Below, piece after piece: positions 19,074 to 29,777 of a stretch of DNA of 64,000 nt (the first letter of the stretch is position 1; each line of letters begins with the position of its first letter). The notes beneath the pieces are model-generated. The model was given only the letters and a program-made list of their open reading frames with translations, searched no databases and was not told where the DNA came from. Position numbers and translations under genes: made by a program. The stretch spans positions 4,437 to 68,436 of the forward strand of contig JAZDOQ010000007.1 in assembly GCA_043798445.1 (NCBI GenBank), read 5' to 3'. Source of the DNA: Candidatus Gottesmanbacteria bacterium (GTDB lineage: Bacteria; Patescibacteriota; Microgenomatia; UBA10105; UBA927).

Positions 19074-19948
19074 TCCGGTTTTCAAAATATATTTGGGTAT
19101 ATTTTCTCATTTCCTCTTTCGTGCTGGTTCCTGGTATATATTCACTGTTTCGGTTTGGCCTTCAACCATCTGTTGATTTTACCGGAGGAACTCTTCTTGA
19201 AATGAAGTTTGATAGAAGTGTACCAGCAGCAACAATCGAAAGCGTTGGGAAAAAAGAACAGTTTCCCATTATGACTGTGCAAAACATTGGACCAACATCC
19301 TATGGAATTCGTGCAGGAAACGCAACAGATGAAGAAATCCTAACATTTCAAACTGCTCTGTCAAAAGAGGTGGGGAGTGAACCGGAACTATTACGGAAAG
19401 ACACGGTGGGTCCAATATTAGGTTCTGAGTTGCTCTTTAAATCTATCGTTGCAGCACTATTAGCAATCATTGCTATCCTTTTGTATGTTGCGTACGCATT
19501 TAAGAATATTAAATTTGGAGTGTCAGCCATTGTTGCGTTAATTCATGATGTACTTGTTGTATTTGGGAGTTTTTCTTTGTTTGGACATTTTTTGGGTATT
19601 GAAGTAGATACATTATTTATGACCGCATTCTTAACCACCATGAGCTTTTCCGTACACGATACGATTGTTATTTTTGACCGCATCCGTGAATACAGGAAAC
19701 GGGATCCAAGAGGAAATATCCGTGATATTTCCGATGTTGCTTTAAATGAAACCATGGGGCGATCACTCATCAACTCATTTACCATCATCTTCATGCTGCT
19801 TTCACTCGTTCTGATGGGAGGAGAAACAGTGAAATGGTTTGCCGTTGCCCTTCTTATCGGTACGATTACAGGTACCTATTCATCGCCATTTGTTGCAACG
19901 CCGTTTGTCATTTTTTTGGATTGGTTGGAACAGAAGAGAAAGAAGTGA
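19070..19948 (+). CDS. secF: protein translocase subunit SecF
   Basis: Contains GLQPSVDFTGGT and a 6-TM SecF core. Joined to secD by an ATGA overlap. Confidence 0.92.
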   Translation: MIRFSKYIWVYFLISSFVLVPGIYSLFRFGLQPSVDFTGGTLLEMKFDRSVPAATIESVGKKEQFPIMTVQNIGPTSYGIRAGNATDEEILTFQTALSKEVGSEPELLRKDTVGPILGSELLFKSIVAALLAIIAILLYVAYAFKNIKFGVSAIVALIHDVLVVFGSFSLFGHFLGIEVDTLFMTAFLTTMSFSVHDTIVIFDRIREYRKRDPRGNIRDISDVALNETMGRSLINSFTIIFMLLSLVLMGGETVKWFAVALLIGTITGTYSSPFVATPFVIFLDWLEQKRKK

Positions 19949-21302
19949 TTGTTGTAAGCAACACCTCGCGTTCATTTTTGAGTGTTCCTTTTTCAACTTT
20001 ACTAAAAAGCTCGTTGAGCGTTTCTCCAACAATTGGTCCTGGACGACATCCAAGAATGTTCATGACATCATTTCCGTTAACTTTTAAATCTTTGATAGAG
20101 AATGGTTGTTTTTGGACTTCCTCGAGTCGTTTTTTGAATAGTTCAAGTCTCCATGATGTTTCAAGAGCGCCTCCACCGAGCCTATCTCCGATGCGAAGCG
20201 CAAGCATATCATTCATGTTTTCTTTTCCGACTCTTCGGATGATGCGGCGGATTGCACTGTCAGTCTGCCGTTCATCAACGCTAAATTGATGCCATCTGAT
20301 GAGTGTAAGGATCCGTTCACTGTCTTTTTTAGAAAACCGTAATCGTTCGACGATGCCTCTTGCTATTGATGTACCCGCAACCTCATGATTGTAGAATGTG
20401 ATGAGTCCTGTGTCGTCTTTCCGAAATGTTTTTGGTTTCCCGACGTCGTGGATGAGAGTTGCAAACTTTACAATAGGGTCTGTTGATGGACATTCCTCCA
20501 TGGCCCTGATTGAGTGAACGCCAACATCATACAAATGATGTCGTTTTGGACTTTTTTGTTCTGTTTGGAATGCCGGTACCATTTCCGGCAAGATACAGGC
20601 AAGGAGTCCTGTGTTTTTGAGAAGAACGATGCCATCGGCGCCATATGGACTCACGAGAATTTTTAAAAATTCATCCCTGATACGTTCTTTTGATATCTCC
20701 ATCAGGAGTGCTGCATGTTTTTGAATTGCTTGTGTTGTTTTCTCTTCTATTTGAAATCCTAATTGGCTTGCAATACGAATCGCGCGTATCATGCGAAGCG
20801 CATCCTCTGTAAATCGTTCCTCAGGATTGCCAACCGTCCGGATGATTTTATTCGTAATATCGTCTTGTCCGTGATATGGATCAACAATGGCGGTGCCGTT
20901 CAATGCAATTGCATCAATGGTAAAATCTCTCCTGGACAAGTCTTCTTCAAGTGTTGTTCCCCAGGAAATGATATCCGGATGACGGTGATCTTTGTATCCT
21001 TTTTCACTTCGATACGTTGTTATCTCGTAGATATCAATGGGCTTTTCCGTTTCTTCATGTTTTTTGTCAGATGCATAGATTTTGATGCCGACCGTACCAA
21101 ACAGATTGTCATAAAAACTATCAGAAAATACAGCCAGGATTTGTTCCGGTGTTGCATTGGTGGTGAAGTCCCATCCTTTGGTTGGTAAGCCCATCAGGGT
21201 GTCTCTAACAGACCCACCGACTGCATAGCAGGTATACCCTGCAGTTTGCATGGTAGTGATTATTTCCTTGGCTTTTGGATGCATGGACTTGATTGTGCTC
21301 AT
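19908..21302 (-). CDS. cca: CCA-adding tRNA nucleotidyltransferase with HD domain
   Basis: Has a PolyA_pol head (GGSVRD...) and the HD motif IHDVGKP. This fits the absence of encoded CCA on both tRNAs in the window. Confidence 0.85.
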   Translation of the reverse strand: MSTIKSMHPKAKEIITTMQTAGYTCYAVGGSVRDTLMGLPTKGWDFTTNATPEQILAVFSDSFYDNLFGTVGIKIYASDKKHEETEKPIDIYEITTYRSEKGYKDHRHPDIISWGTTLEEDLSRRDFTIDAIALNGTAIVDPYHGQDDITNKIIRTVGNPEERFTEDALRMIRAIRIASQLGFQIEEKTTQAIQKHAALLMEISKERIRDEFLKILVSPYGADGIVLLKNTGLLACILPEMVPAFQTEQKSPKRHHLYDVGVHSIRAMEECPSTDPIVKFATLIHDVGKPKTFRKDDTGLITFYNHEVAGTSIARGIVERLRFSKKDSERILTLIRWHQFSVDERQTDSAIRRIIRRVGKENMNDMLALRIGDRLGGGALETSWRLELFKKRLEEVQKQPFSIKDLKVNGNDVMNILGCRPGPIVGETLNELFSKVEKGTLKNEREVLLTTITSFSSVPTNPKK

Positions 21303-21337
21303 ACGGATATTTCTGTTCTTATGATACCATAGAGAAC

Positions 21338-23026
21338 ATGAAAAGCTGGAATATAAAAGATGAACATCCGGAAAAGATTAGGAATGTAGAAGATGTACTT
21401 CGCGTGCTTCTTAAAAATAGAGGACTCACAACAAAAAAAGAAAAAGACATATTTCTTCATCCAAAAGATCCGTTACAGCTTGAACCACACGATGTTGGTA
21501 TTGATGCGCAACAACTCAAAAAAGCATTGCATAGAATAGAAAAAGCGATTGAAAAAAAAGAATCCATTGTTGTGTATGCGGACTACGATGCAGATGGGAT
21601 TACCGCAGGAGCAATTATGTGGGAGGCGCTGTATGCGTTAGGCGCACACGTGATGCCGTATGTTCCCCATAGAATTGAGGAAGGGTATGGATTATCGGAA
21701 AAAGGTATTCAAACGTGTATAACGGAATTTAATCCATCACTTATTATTACGGTTGATCATGGTATTACGGCATGGCAACAAGTGGAATATGCAAAAAAAC
21801 TCGGGATCGATGTCATTGTCACTGATCATCATTTACCTCCCAGTCATATTCCTGATTGTTTGATTGTGCATACAACAGAGCTATGTGGTGCAGGTGTATC
21901 CTGGTTTGTTGCAAAAATGCTGTTGGCAAACAGTGATACCGTGAAAGCAAACGATCTTCTTGCGCTTGCTGCCATTGGAACAATTGCTGATATGGTGCCT
22001 CTCGTTGAATCAAACAGAAGTATTACTAAATATGGACTTGTTGGGATTGGGAGAACAAAGCGGATTGGACTGCGTGCACTCATGAAAGAATCAGGACTTG
22101 AAGATAAGGCAATCGTCACATCGGATATTTCCCATAGTATCGCGCCACGACTCAATGCCATGGGTCGGCTTGATCATGCGATAGACGCACTTCGACTTCT
22201 TTGCACAACAAATGGTGAACGGGCAGCAATGCTTGCGTCAAAACTTGGGTTAACCAACAAAGAACGACAACAATTAACCGTTGACACAACACTTCATGCA
22301 TTAACGGGACTTGCAAAAATTAAGGATGTAACTAAGCGAAAAATGCTTATGATATCGGACACGTCATACAACCCCGGGATCATCGGACTTGTTGCCGGTA
22401 AGCTGGTTGAAGAATATTACCGACCAAGTATTGTGATAGCTGTTGGAGAAATAGTTTCTAAAGCCTCAGCTCGGTCAATTGCCGGATTTAATATTGTTGA
22501 ATTTATACGAAAGGCCGGGGATTTGCTTGTTGATGTTGGCGGGCACCCGATGGCAGCAGGGTTTACCATTGAAACAAAAAATCTTTCAGCATTGAAAAAA
22601 TTCTTTGAATCAGCGATTGATGGTGCAATTTCAGACATGTTGTTTACCAGATCTCTTATCATCGACACAGAATTACCGGTTCAACTGATAACAAAATCAT
22701 TAGTGTCTGAAATTCAAGCATTTGCTCCGTATGGACTGGGGAATTATGAACCAATATTTGTTTCACGAGGGCTTACCATCGATCAAATACGAAAAATTGG
22801 AGCAAAATTAAATCATTTAAAATTAAAATTGAAAGATGATGGAAAGAAGATCATAGATGCTGTTGCATTCGGATTTGGAAACATGGCAGACACGTTGCCC
22901 GTTGGAACCCGTGTTGATGTGGCCTATACGATTGATGAAAACGTGTGGAATGGAACAACAACACTGCAATTAAAGATTCGTGATATTCACGCCCTCTCCC
23001 TTGTCAAGGATTATCCGAAGCTTTAG
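21338..23026 (+). CDS. recJ: single-stranded-DNA-specific exonuclease RecJ
   Basis: Contains the DHH motifs VYADYDADGIT and VTDHH, and the DHHA1 motif GGHPMAAG. Confidence 0.9.
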   Translation: MKSWNIKDEHPEKIRNVEDVLRVLLKNRGLTTKKEKDIFLHPKDPLQLEPHDVGIDAQQLKKALHRIEKAIEKKESIVVYADYDADGITAGAIMWEALYALGAHVMPYVPHRIEEGYGLSEKGIQTCITEFNPSLIITVDHGITAWQQVEYAKKLGIDVIVTDHHLPPSHIPDCLIVHTTELCGAGVSWFVAKMLLANSDTVKANDLLALAAIGTIADMVPLVESNRSITKYGLVGIGRTKRIGLRALMKESGLEDKAIVTSDISHSIAPRLNAMGRLDHAIDALRLLCTTNGERAAMLASKLGLTNKERQQLTVDTTLHALTGLAKIKDVTKRKMLMISDTSYNPGIIGLVAGKLVEEYYRPSIVIAVGEIVSKASARSIAGFNIVEFIRKAGDLLVDVGGHPMAAGFTIETKNLSALKKFFESAIDGAISDMLFTRSLIIDTELPVQLITKSLVSEIQAFAPYGLGNYEPIFVSRGLTIDQIRKIGAKLNHLKLKLKDDGKKIIDAVAFGFGNMADTLPVGTRVDVAYTIDENVWNGTTTLQLKIRDIHALSLVKDYPKL

Positions 23027-23027
23027 A

Positions 23028-24431
23028 ATGAGTTCTATGAGAACTCTTATTGCAACAACCCCGGAAAAAATAGGAAAAACCGTTACGCTTCAGGGGTGGA
23101 TCAACGCCCGACGGGATCATGGAAAGATCATGTTTTTGGATGTTCGGGACAGGACAGGAATTGTGCAGGTTGTTTCCATGAAAACACTTGGTGACGTAAA
23201 GCCGGAAGATTGCGTTGAAATTACAGGACTTATTAAGAACCGTCCGGAATCAATGGCGAATCCAAAGTTTATTACGGGAACTATAGAAGTGGAAGCGACG
23301 CAGTTGATAATTTTGTCCAAAGCAAAAGAATTGCCGTTTCCGATTGATACTGACGGATATGAAATCAATGAAGAAATTCGGTCAAAATACCGCTATTTGG
23401 ATCTTCGCAGGCCTAGGATGAATAGAAATTTGAAGCTTCGTTCAGAGATATCTACATTTGTTCGGAATTATTTAACCCAGCGGGATTTTGTGGAAATTGA
23501 AACACCGATTTTGACCAAAACCACGCCTGAAGGCGCGCGTGATTTTATTGTTCCGTCACGACTTCAGAAAGGTAAGTTTTATGCACTTCCACAGTCTCCT
23601 CAACAGTATAAACAACTCCTCATGGTTGCGGGAATGGAACGTTATTTTCAGTTTAGTCGATGTTTTCGGGATGAAGATCCGAGAAAAGACCGGGCATATG
23701 GAGAATTTACTCAATTGGATATGGAAATGTCCTTTGTCACTCAGGAAGACATCCTTAAACTTGTTGAAGAAATGTTTACGGAACTTGTGAAAAAGATATT
23801 TCCGGAAAAACATATTTCACAAACCCCATGGTCAAGAATTCCTCATAAAGAAGCGAAAGCTATATATGGTTCCGATAAGCCAGATCTACGAAAAAATAAA
23901 CAAGACAAAGATGAATTAGCGTTCTGTTGGATAATTGATTTTCCATTATTTACTGAACAATCTAAAGAGGATTTTTATCATGGTTCAGGGTCAGCTAAAT
24001 TTGCTCCATCACATCACATGTTTACCGCACCGCATCCTGATGATATTTTGCTTCTTGAATCAAACCCTATAAAAGTTAAGGGATTGCAGCATGATTTAGT
24101 TCTCAATGGATTTGAGGTCGGTGGAGGGAGTATAAGAATTCATGATTGGAATGTTCAGGAAAAAGTATTTGATTTGATTGGTTTTTCTGAGGCACAAAAA
24201 AAGCAGTTCGAACATATGCTTACAGCTTTTTCTTACGGCGTGCCTCCGCATGGAGGAATTGCGCCGGGACTCGATAGATTTTTGATGGCAGTATTGGGCG
24301 AACCGAGCGTTAGGGAAGTAATGGCGTTTCCAACTTCTGCCTCCGGTCAAACCAGTGTTATGGATGCACCGAGTACTGTTTCTGAGGAACAATTGACTGA
24401 GTTAGGATTACGCCTCAAAAAGAAAAAATAA
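23028..24431 (+). CDS. aspS: aspartate--tRNA ligase, bacterial-type core lacking the GAD insertion
   Basis: QSPQQYKQLLMVAG and FRDEDPRKDR (motif 2) are followed by GSDKPDLR, then almost directly by WIIDFPLF. Confidence 0.92.
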   Translation: MSSMRTLIATTPEKIGKTVTLQGWINARRDHGKIMFLDVRDRTGIVQVVSMKTLGDVKPEDCVEITGLIKNRPESMANPKFITGTIEVEATQLIILSKAKELPFPIDTDGYEINEEIRSKYRYLDLRRPRMNRNLKLRSEISTFVRNYLTQRDFVEIETPILTKTTPEGARDFIVPSRLQKGKFYALPQSPQQYKQLLMVAGMERYFQFSRCFRDEDPRKDRAYGEFTQLDMEMSFVTQEDILKLVEEMFTELVKKIFPEKHISQTPWSRIPHKEAKAIYGSDKPDLRKNKQDKDELAFCWIIDFPLFTEQSKEDFYHGSGSAKFAPSHHMFTAPHPDDILLLESNPIKVKGLQHDLVLNGFEVGGGSIRIHDWNVQEKVFDLIGFSEAQKKQFEHMLTAFSYGVPPHGGIAPGLDRFLMAVLGEPSVREVMAFPTSASGQTSVMDAPSTVSEEQLTELGLRLKKKK

Positions 24432-24447
24432 CATTAGTATCCCTGTC

Positions 24448-25422
24448 ATGCAGAATATTCGTACCATCATTAAAAAGATTCCGCGTGTTATAACAACACG
24501 CGTCGACAGATGGATTATTCTTGTGGCAGCAGTTGCATTTTTTTTGTGGTATCCAGGACAGAACCGGTATGTTGTTGAACAATTTGCCGGTATCAAAAAA
24601 CCGGCAGCTATTGAAATTCCTATTCCTGCCCCGTATCCGGTGAACAAAACCGGTATCGTTCCTGGAATTGAGATTTCAGCTCGTGCGGTCGTTGTACAGG
24701 ATCTGACATCTGGCGTGTATATATTTAAAAGAAACAGTACGGAACGGTTATCTCCGGCATCAACAACAAAAATACTCAGTGCGCTTGTTGTTTTTGATGC
24801 AATGAAGCTTGATGACATCGTTACGGTTGGACCGATTAAGAATAATGGACAAGTGATGGGACTTATTGAGGGTGAACGGATGACTGTTGAGAATTTACTG
24901 TATGGTCTCCTTATTCAATCCGGGAATGACGCAGGATATGCACTTGCTAATGCGTATCCCGGTGGCGCTGAGGAGTTCGTTGTTGCAATGAACAAGAAAG
25001 CTGAAGAATTACATCTTTCTGTAAGTCATTTTACCAATCCCGTTGGGTATGATGATCCTAACCACTATATGACTGCTGAAGATTTGTCACGCCTTGCAGA
25101 TGTTGCCCTGTCAAACAAAACAGTTGCAAAGATGGTTGGTATTCCGCAAATTACTGTTTCGGATGTAACGCATACATATTTTCATAAGTTAAGTAACGTC
25201 AATCAATTGTTAGGGAAAATTCCTGGGGTAGCTGGAATAAAAACTGGATGGACAGAAGAAGCAGGAGAAAATTTAGTAACACTTATTGAGCGGAATGGAA
25301 GAAGAGTGATTATTGTGGTGTTAAAAAGTGCTGATCGGTTTGGAGATACGATTCGTCTCATTGATTGGACGTTTGCTAATATTGAGTGGCAGACATATAC
25401 ACTGCAAGAAGACAATAGGTAA
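24448..25422 (+). CDS. D-alanyl-D-alanine carboxypeptidase (peptidase S11)
   Basis: Contains SxxK (SPASTTK), SxN (SGND) and KTG (KTGWT), with an N-terminal TM. Confidence 0.85.
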   Translation: MQNIRTIIKKIPRVITTRVDRWIILVAAVAFFLWYPGQNRYVVEQFAGIKKPAAIEIPIPAPYPVNKTGIVPGIEISARAVVVQDLTSGVYIFKRNSTERLSPASTTKILSALVVFDAMKLDDIVTVGPIKNNGQVMGLIEGERMTVENLLYGLLIQSGNDAGYALANAYPGGAEEFVVAMNKKAEELHLSVSHFTNPVGYDDPNHYMTAEDLSRLADVALSNKTVAKMVGIPQITVSDVTHTYFHKLSNVNQLLGKIPGVAGIKTGWTEEAGENLVTLIERNGRRVIIVVLKSADRFGDTIRLIDWTFANIEWQTYTLQEDNR

Positions 25423-25436
25423 AGTTCAGACTTCTT

Positions 25437-26501
25437 TTACTGTTTTTCTTCTACCCATGGAGCGGCAACTGCGGGAACGTAGGCCAGGAAATCATCATCG
25501 CCTTCAAAAACAAATACCGGTTGAAGGTATGTTTGTGGTTCGATGGAATCATAGTAAGCAAGATACGCTTTTCGAACGACAGCCGTCATCCCTTGTTTTG
25601 GATATCTGACAATAAACCCCTGTCCGTTTTGCAGTTCCGTCCATGCAAGACTGCTTGCCTTCAGTCCGTATGTTGCTGTTGTTTGGTAATCAATCGGCCA
25701 GAAGGTATAGGCAAATTGCAGGACCCGTTTTTTGATGTTTCTTGATCCTGAAAAGACGAATGAAATATGTCCTTCATTAGGATACGCAGTGACAATCTGG
25801 GTGTTGGCGACCGGTTCTCTAAAGAAATCTACCCGCACCGCATCTGCTTGAGACTGGCTTGTTGTTTGCGCTAGTGTATCTCCCGAAAGTTTCAGGAATT
25901 GCACGATGCTCGATCCTTTTTCAATATCCTTTTCATACAGGCCGTATGTTTGGAGAATATTTTTTGCCTCCATTTTGGCTGCATCTGCAAGGGAAATGTT
26001 CCGTTCAGTAAATAGTCCCATGTCTTTTTCATAGAGATAGCGAAGAATGAAATTTTTCGTTACGATATCGTAGCGAAGTTTCCGAAGTGGTGATTCTTGA
26101 TCTTCAAAGCGGTACAAATATTTTGTTTCCTGGATGGGCTCATTGATAAATTCAAGTCGTTTTGCAAATTCAGTTGCTTTGGTAAGCGCCAAAAGATTTG
26201 GTGCTGATTTTGGCATGAAATACACCATTGCTGACTCAGATGCTTTTGGTACGGTTCCTTCAATGGTTTCCAGTTGAAAGGTGAGTGTTCCTGATGGGGA
26301 TGATGCAGGAGATGGGAATTGTACAACTGGTAGTTTTCCAAACGCATGCGTTGGCGGTGGTGCTTTTGGCGGAAAAATCATGATAAATACGGAGCTTGTG
26401 ATGCTCCAAAAAATACGGAGAATAATGTAAGAAATAATCGCAAGAATCGTCCAATTAATGGCTTTTCTCGTCTGATATGCAGTTTCTGTCAGGGTGGCCA
26501 T
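25437..26501 (-). CDS. hypothetical membrane-anchored protein
   Basis: Long ORF with one N-terminal TM. No motif recognised. Confidence 0.5.
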   Translation of the reverse strand: MATLTETAYQTRKAINWTILAIISYIILRIFWSITSSVFIMIFPPKAPPPTHAFGKLPVVQFPSPASSPSGTLTFQLETIEGTVPKASESAMVYFMPKSAPNLLALTKATEFAKRLEFINEPIQETKYLYRFEDQESPLRKLRYDIVTKNFILRYLYEKDMGLFTERNISLADAAKMEAKNILQTYGLYEKDIEKGSSIVQFLKLSGDTLAQTTSQSQADAVRVDFFREPVANTQIVTAYPNEGHISFVFSGSRNIKKRVLQFAYTFWPIDYQTTATYGLKASSLAWTELQNGQGFIVRYPKQGMTAVVRKAYLAYYDSIEPQTYLQPVFVFEGDDDFLAYVPAVAAPWVEEKQ

Positions 26502-26547
26502 AGGTATAAGTATACAGTATATATCTATGATACAATGCATGAGCATT

Positions 26548-27945
26548 ATGATGAAAGTTCGAACGCGTATTGCACCATCTCCAACAGGTCAGGATCTTCA
26601 TATTGGAAACGCTTACACTGCACTTATTAACTACGTGTTTGCAAAGAAACATAACGGTTTGTTTATCATCCGCATTGAAGACACAGACAGGACAAGACTC
26701 GTTGAAGGATCGGAAGAGAGAATTCTGAAATCACTTGAGTGGTTGGGAATTCCTCATACTGAAGGCCCTGATATCGGTGGACCGTTTGCTCCGTACCGGC
26801 AGTCCGACAGATTACCGATATATAGAAAATATGCTGAGGAGTTGGTGGAAAAAGGACACGCATATTATTGTTTCTGCACGTCAGAACGGTTAGGGGAAAT
26901 GAGAACAAAACAGGAAGCAAATCATCAGCCACCGATGTATGATGGGTTGTGCAAAAAGATTGATAAAGAAGAGGTGAAAGAGCGAATTAAAGAGGGAAAA
27001 AAATATGTCATACGGCTGAATGTGCCGGAAAAGGGAACAACAACATTTCATGATCTCATCCACGGTGATATTTCATTTGAAAACAAACTTCTTGATGATC
27101 AGGTACTTCTCAAATCTGATGGATATCCAACGTATCATTTAGGTGTTGTTGTTGATGACCATATTATGGAAATATCTCACATTATCAGAGGTGAAGAGTG
27201 GATTTCGTCAACACCAAAACATGTGCTATTGTATCAGTTTTTTGGTTGGACTCCTCCTGAATTTGCGCATGTATCTGTGCTTCGAAATCCGGACAAGAGT
27301 AAACTTTCTAAACGGAAAAATCCGGTATGGGTATCTGACTATCGTGCAAAAGGATATTTGCCGGAGGCAATGAAAAACTATATGGCAACTATGGCATGGT
27401 CCTATGATGGAAAAGAACTTTTTACCATTGATGAAATGATTGAAAAATTTGATATTGCCGACGTACAGACCACTGCACCGGTGTTTGACCAGGAAAAGTT
27501 ACGGTGGATGAACGGCGAATATATCAGGAAAATGGATGACGCAGAGCTTATTTCTAAAATCTGCGCATTTGATGCAACAGTGCCAAAAGAGAGTGATGCA
27601 ATTATGAAAAAAATATTGCCGCTTGTTAGGGAGCGGATGAAGACGCTTGGAGAATTTGAAACCCTAGCTGATTTCTTTTTTGTTCGGCCGGTTGCGTTTG
27701 AACGGGAATTAAAGAAAGATGTATTGAAAATTGCAGCGGATGCACTCACTAGCGCTTCTTCATGGACACATGACGCAATGGAAAAAGCGATACGTGATGC
27801 TGCGGACAAGGCTAAAGTGAAAGCAAAAGATGTGTTTATGGAACTTAGACTTGCGATTACCGGAAAGACCGTTGGGCCACCACTTCTTGAATCTTTGGAG
27901 GTGTTAGGAAAAGAAGAGATACTTGAAAGACTCTCATCACTCTAA
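26548..27945 (+). CDS. gltX: glutamate--tRNA ligase
   Basis: RIAPSPTGQDLHIGNAYTAL carries the HIGH motif, and KLSKRK is the KMSKS motif. Confidence 0.93.
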   Translation: MMKVRTRIAPSPTGQDLHIGNAYTALINYVFAKKHNGLFIIRIEDTDRTRLVEGSEERILKSLEWLGIPHTEGPDIGGPFAPYRQSDRLPIYRKYAEELVEKGHAYYCFCTSERLGEMRTKQEANHQPPMYDGLCKKIDKEEVKERIKEGKKYVIRLNVPEKGTTTFHDLIHGDISFENKLLDDQVLLKSDGYPTYHLGVVVDDHIMEISHIIRGEEWISSTPKHVLLYQFFGWTPPEFAHVSVLRNPDKSKLSKRKNPVWVSDYRAKGYLPEAMKNYMATMAWSYDGKELFTIDEMIEKFDIADVQTTAPVFDQEKLRWMNGEYIRKMDDAELISKICAFDATVPKESDAIMKKILPLVRERMKTLGEFETLADFFFVRPVAFERELKKDVLKIAADALTSASSWTHDAMEKAIRDAADKAKVKAKDVFMELRLAITGKTVGPPLLESLEVLGKEEILERLSSL

Positions 27946-28815
27946 ATAATCAACCCAATGTGGGTCGACTTCAACCGTTAAGTCAAGAAATACCTTTTTG
28001 TTTGTTGCGGTTTCGAGTTCTTTTCGTGATGCCATGGATATCTCTTTTATCATGAATCCACCCTTTCCCACAATCATTCCTTTGTACCGATCTTGATTGG
28101 TGAGAATCCTGGCTTTGACGTAGAGGCTGCCATTATCCCGTTCAATGGTTTCGTCAACAGCAACTGTTAACGAGTACGGTACTTCTTTTCGTAAAAACAA
28201 ATATGCTTTCTCGCGGATAATTTCTGAAAGAAACATTCTGCTGTCAAGATTAAGTGCTGGTTGTGTAAGTGTTTTTGTATCGATTGTCGGCTCTCCGACT
28301 GGGAGGTGTTCAAAAATTGCATCAAGAAGGCTGGGAATATTTTTTCCTTGCAGTGCCGAGAGTTCAACAACATCATCAAATTCATCTTCCAAGAATTTGT
28401 ATTGTACGATATGCGTTGGTCGTTTGATGTCGATTTTGTTTATTGCCAATATTTTAGTTGCGTTTGTTTTTCTGACAATGCCGAGTGCTTTGTTTTCTTC
28501 AAAATCCCGTTCTCTGGTGTGGTCAATAAGATACACAACAACATCGACATTTGATGAAAGTGCCTCCTCAGCTTTTGAGTTGACGCGCTTTGAGAGCCTA
28601 TCCGGCGTTTTTCCGAAAATTCCCGGGGTGTCGACAAAGATTATTTGCCCGCGTTCATCCTCATAGACGGCTTGGAGCGGAAACCGTGTTGTTTGCGGTT
28701 TTGGCGAAGTAATGGAGACTTTTTGTCTCAAGATCATATTGAGGAGCGTTGATTTGCCTGCATTTGGCCTACCGACAATACAGACGACTCCAACCTTCTT
28801 TTTTTCTGTTTTCAT
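27937..28815 (-). CDS. era: GTPase Era
   Basis: Contains G1 (GRPNAGKST), G3 (DTPG), G4 (NKID) and a C-terminal KH domain. Confidence 0.92.
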   Translation of the reverse strand: MKTEKKKVGVVCIVGRPNAGKSTLLNMILRQKVSITSPKPQTTRFPLQAVYEDERGQIIFVDTPGIFGKTPDRLSKRVNSKAEEALSSNVDVVVYLIDHTRERDFEENKALGIVRKTNATKILAINKIDIKRPTHIVQYKFLEDEFDDVVELSALQGKNIPSLLDAIFEHLPVGEPTIDTKTLTQPALNLDSRMFLSEIIREKAYLFLRKEVPYSLTVAVDETIERDNGSLYVKARILTNQDRYKGMIVGKGGFMIKEISMASRKELETATNKKVFLDLTVEVDPHWVDYLE

Positions 28816-28845
28816 ACATCGTATTGTACAATAAAATAGTAATGT

Positions 28846-29370
28846 ATGCAGACGCAGTCTGACAGCCAGCTTGTAATTCAAATTCAACAAGGAGATATCC
28901 GGTCGTTTGAGGTGTTTGTTAAAAGGTATCAGCGGAGAGTATGGGGGTTTGTCGGGAAACGGATTAATGATTCAGCTCTCGTTGAAGAAGTTGTTCAGGA
29001 TACATTATTCTCCTTTTATCGCACGATCGATCGGGTTGATACCTCAAAATCGATTTCCACATATCTTTTTGCTATCGCAAGACACAAACTCATTGATCGC
29101 CTTCGGAAAGAAAAGAAAGTGTTGCGTCTTGCAGATGAAGACAGTCTTGAGGATGATGAAAGACTATACGATCTGGTAACGAAGGATGAGCAGAAAACCC
29201 GCGTTGGGTCAGCCATACAAAAACTTCCAGTGCTACATCGTCGTGTTATCCGCCTATTTTATTTTAATGAGTTGTCATATGAAGAAATAAGTCGTACATT
29301 GAAGATACCAATAAATACGGTGCGGACACTGCTTAGAAGAGCGAAAGAAAAACTGAAACAGATTTTATGA
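28846..29370 (+). CDS. ECF-type sigma-70 family factor
   Basis: Has region 2 (FVKRYQRRVWGFV...) and region 4 (ELSYEEISRTLKIPINTVRTLLRRAKEKL). Confidence 0.8.
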   Translation: MQTQSDSQLVIQIQQGDIRSFEVFVKRYQRRVWGFVGKRINDSALVEEVVQDTLFSFYRTIDRVDTSKSISTYLFAIARHKLIDRLRKEKKVLRLADEDSLEDDERLYDLVTKDEQKTRVGSAIQKLPVLHRRVIRLFYFNELSYEEISRTLKIPINTVRTLLRRAKEKLKQIL

Positions 29371-29747
29371 AACAACATGACGTAACAAAGAAGGTGATGG
29401 AAAAAGTGGTACACTTTGAGGAAAATAGATCCGCGGGGTGGATGGAAAAATATTGGATCGCTCTCGTTTTTCTTTTTATTGGTCTTATATACGCGAGTAT
29501 TACGATTTACAAAGAATACCGGTTTTTTGATGAAGATTTCATGGTGTCATGGTATTTTGAAGATTGGGAACTGTTCCGGGTTGTGTGGAAGGATGCACTT
29601 GCGTTTATCTGGTCGTTTGTTCCCGTGTATTGGGTGTATGGACTTGGTATCGGTATCATCACTGTTATCGGAATAGTTGTTGGAACATATGCAAAGAGGA
29701 AAAAAATAACCAGGATATTGCAATCGATTAAAATGTATAAAAAGTAA
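29367..29747 (+). CDS. membrane protein, possible anti-sigma partner
   Basis: Joined to the sigma gene by an ATGA overlap. Has multiple TM segments and no recognisable zinc-binding anti-sigma motif. Confidence 0.4.
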   Translation: MKQHDVTKKVMEKVVHFEENRSAGWMEKYWIALVFLFIGLIYASITIYKEYRFFDEDFMVSWYFEDWELFRVVWKDALAFIWSFVPVYWVYGLGIGIITVIGIVVGTYAKRKKITRILQSIKMYKK

Positions 29748-29777
29748 TACAATATAATGTATACAAAAGGAGTATCT

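Noticed and set aside
19834-20289. 151-aa plus-strand ORF after secF. A similar 173-aa plus-strand ORF lies at 28145-28666, antisense to era.
   Set aside because: Both are antisense to well-supported genes (cca and era).
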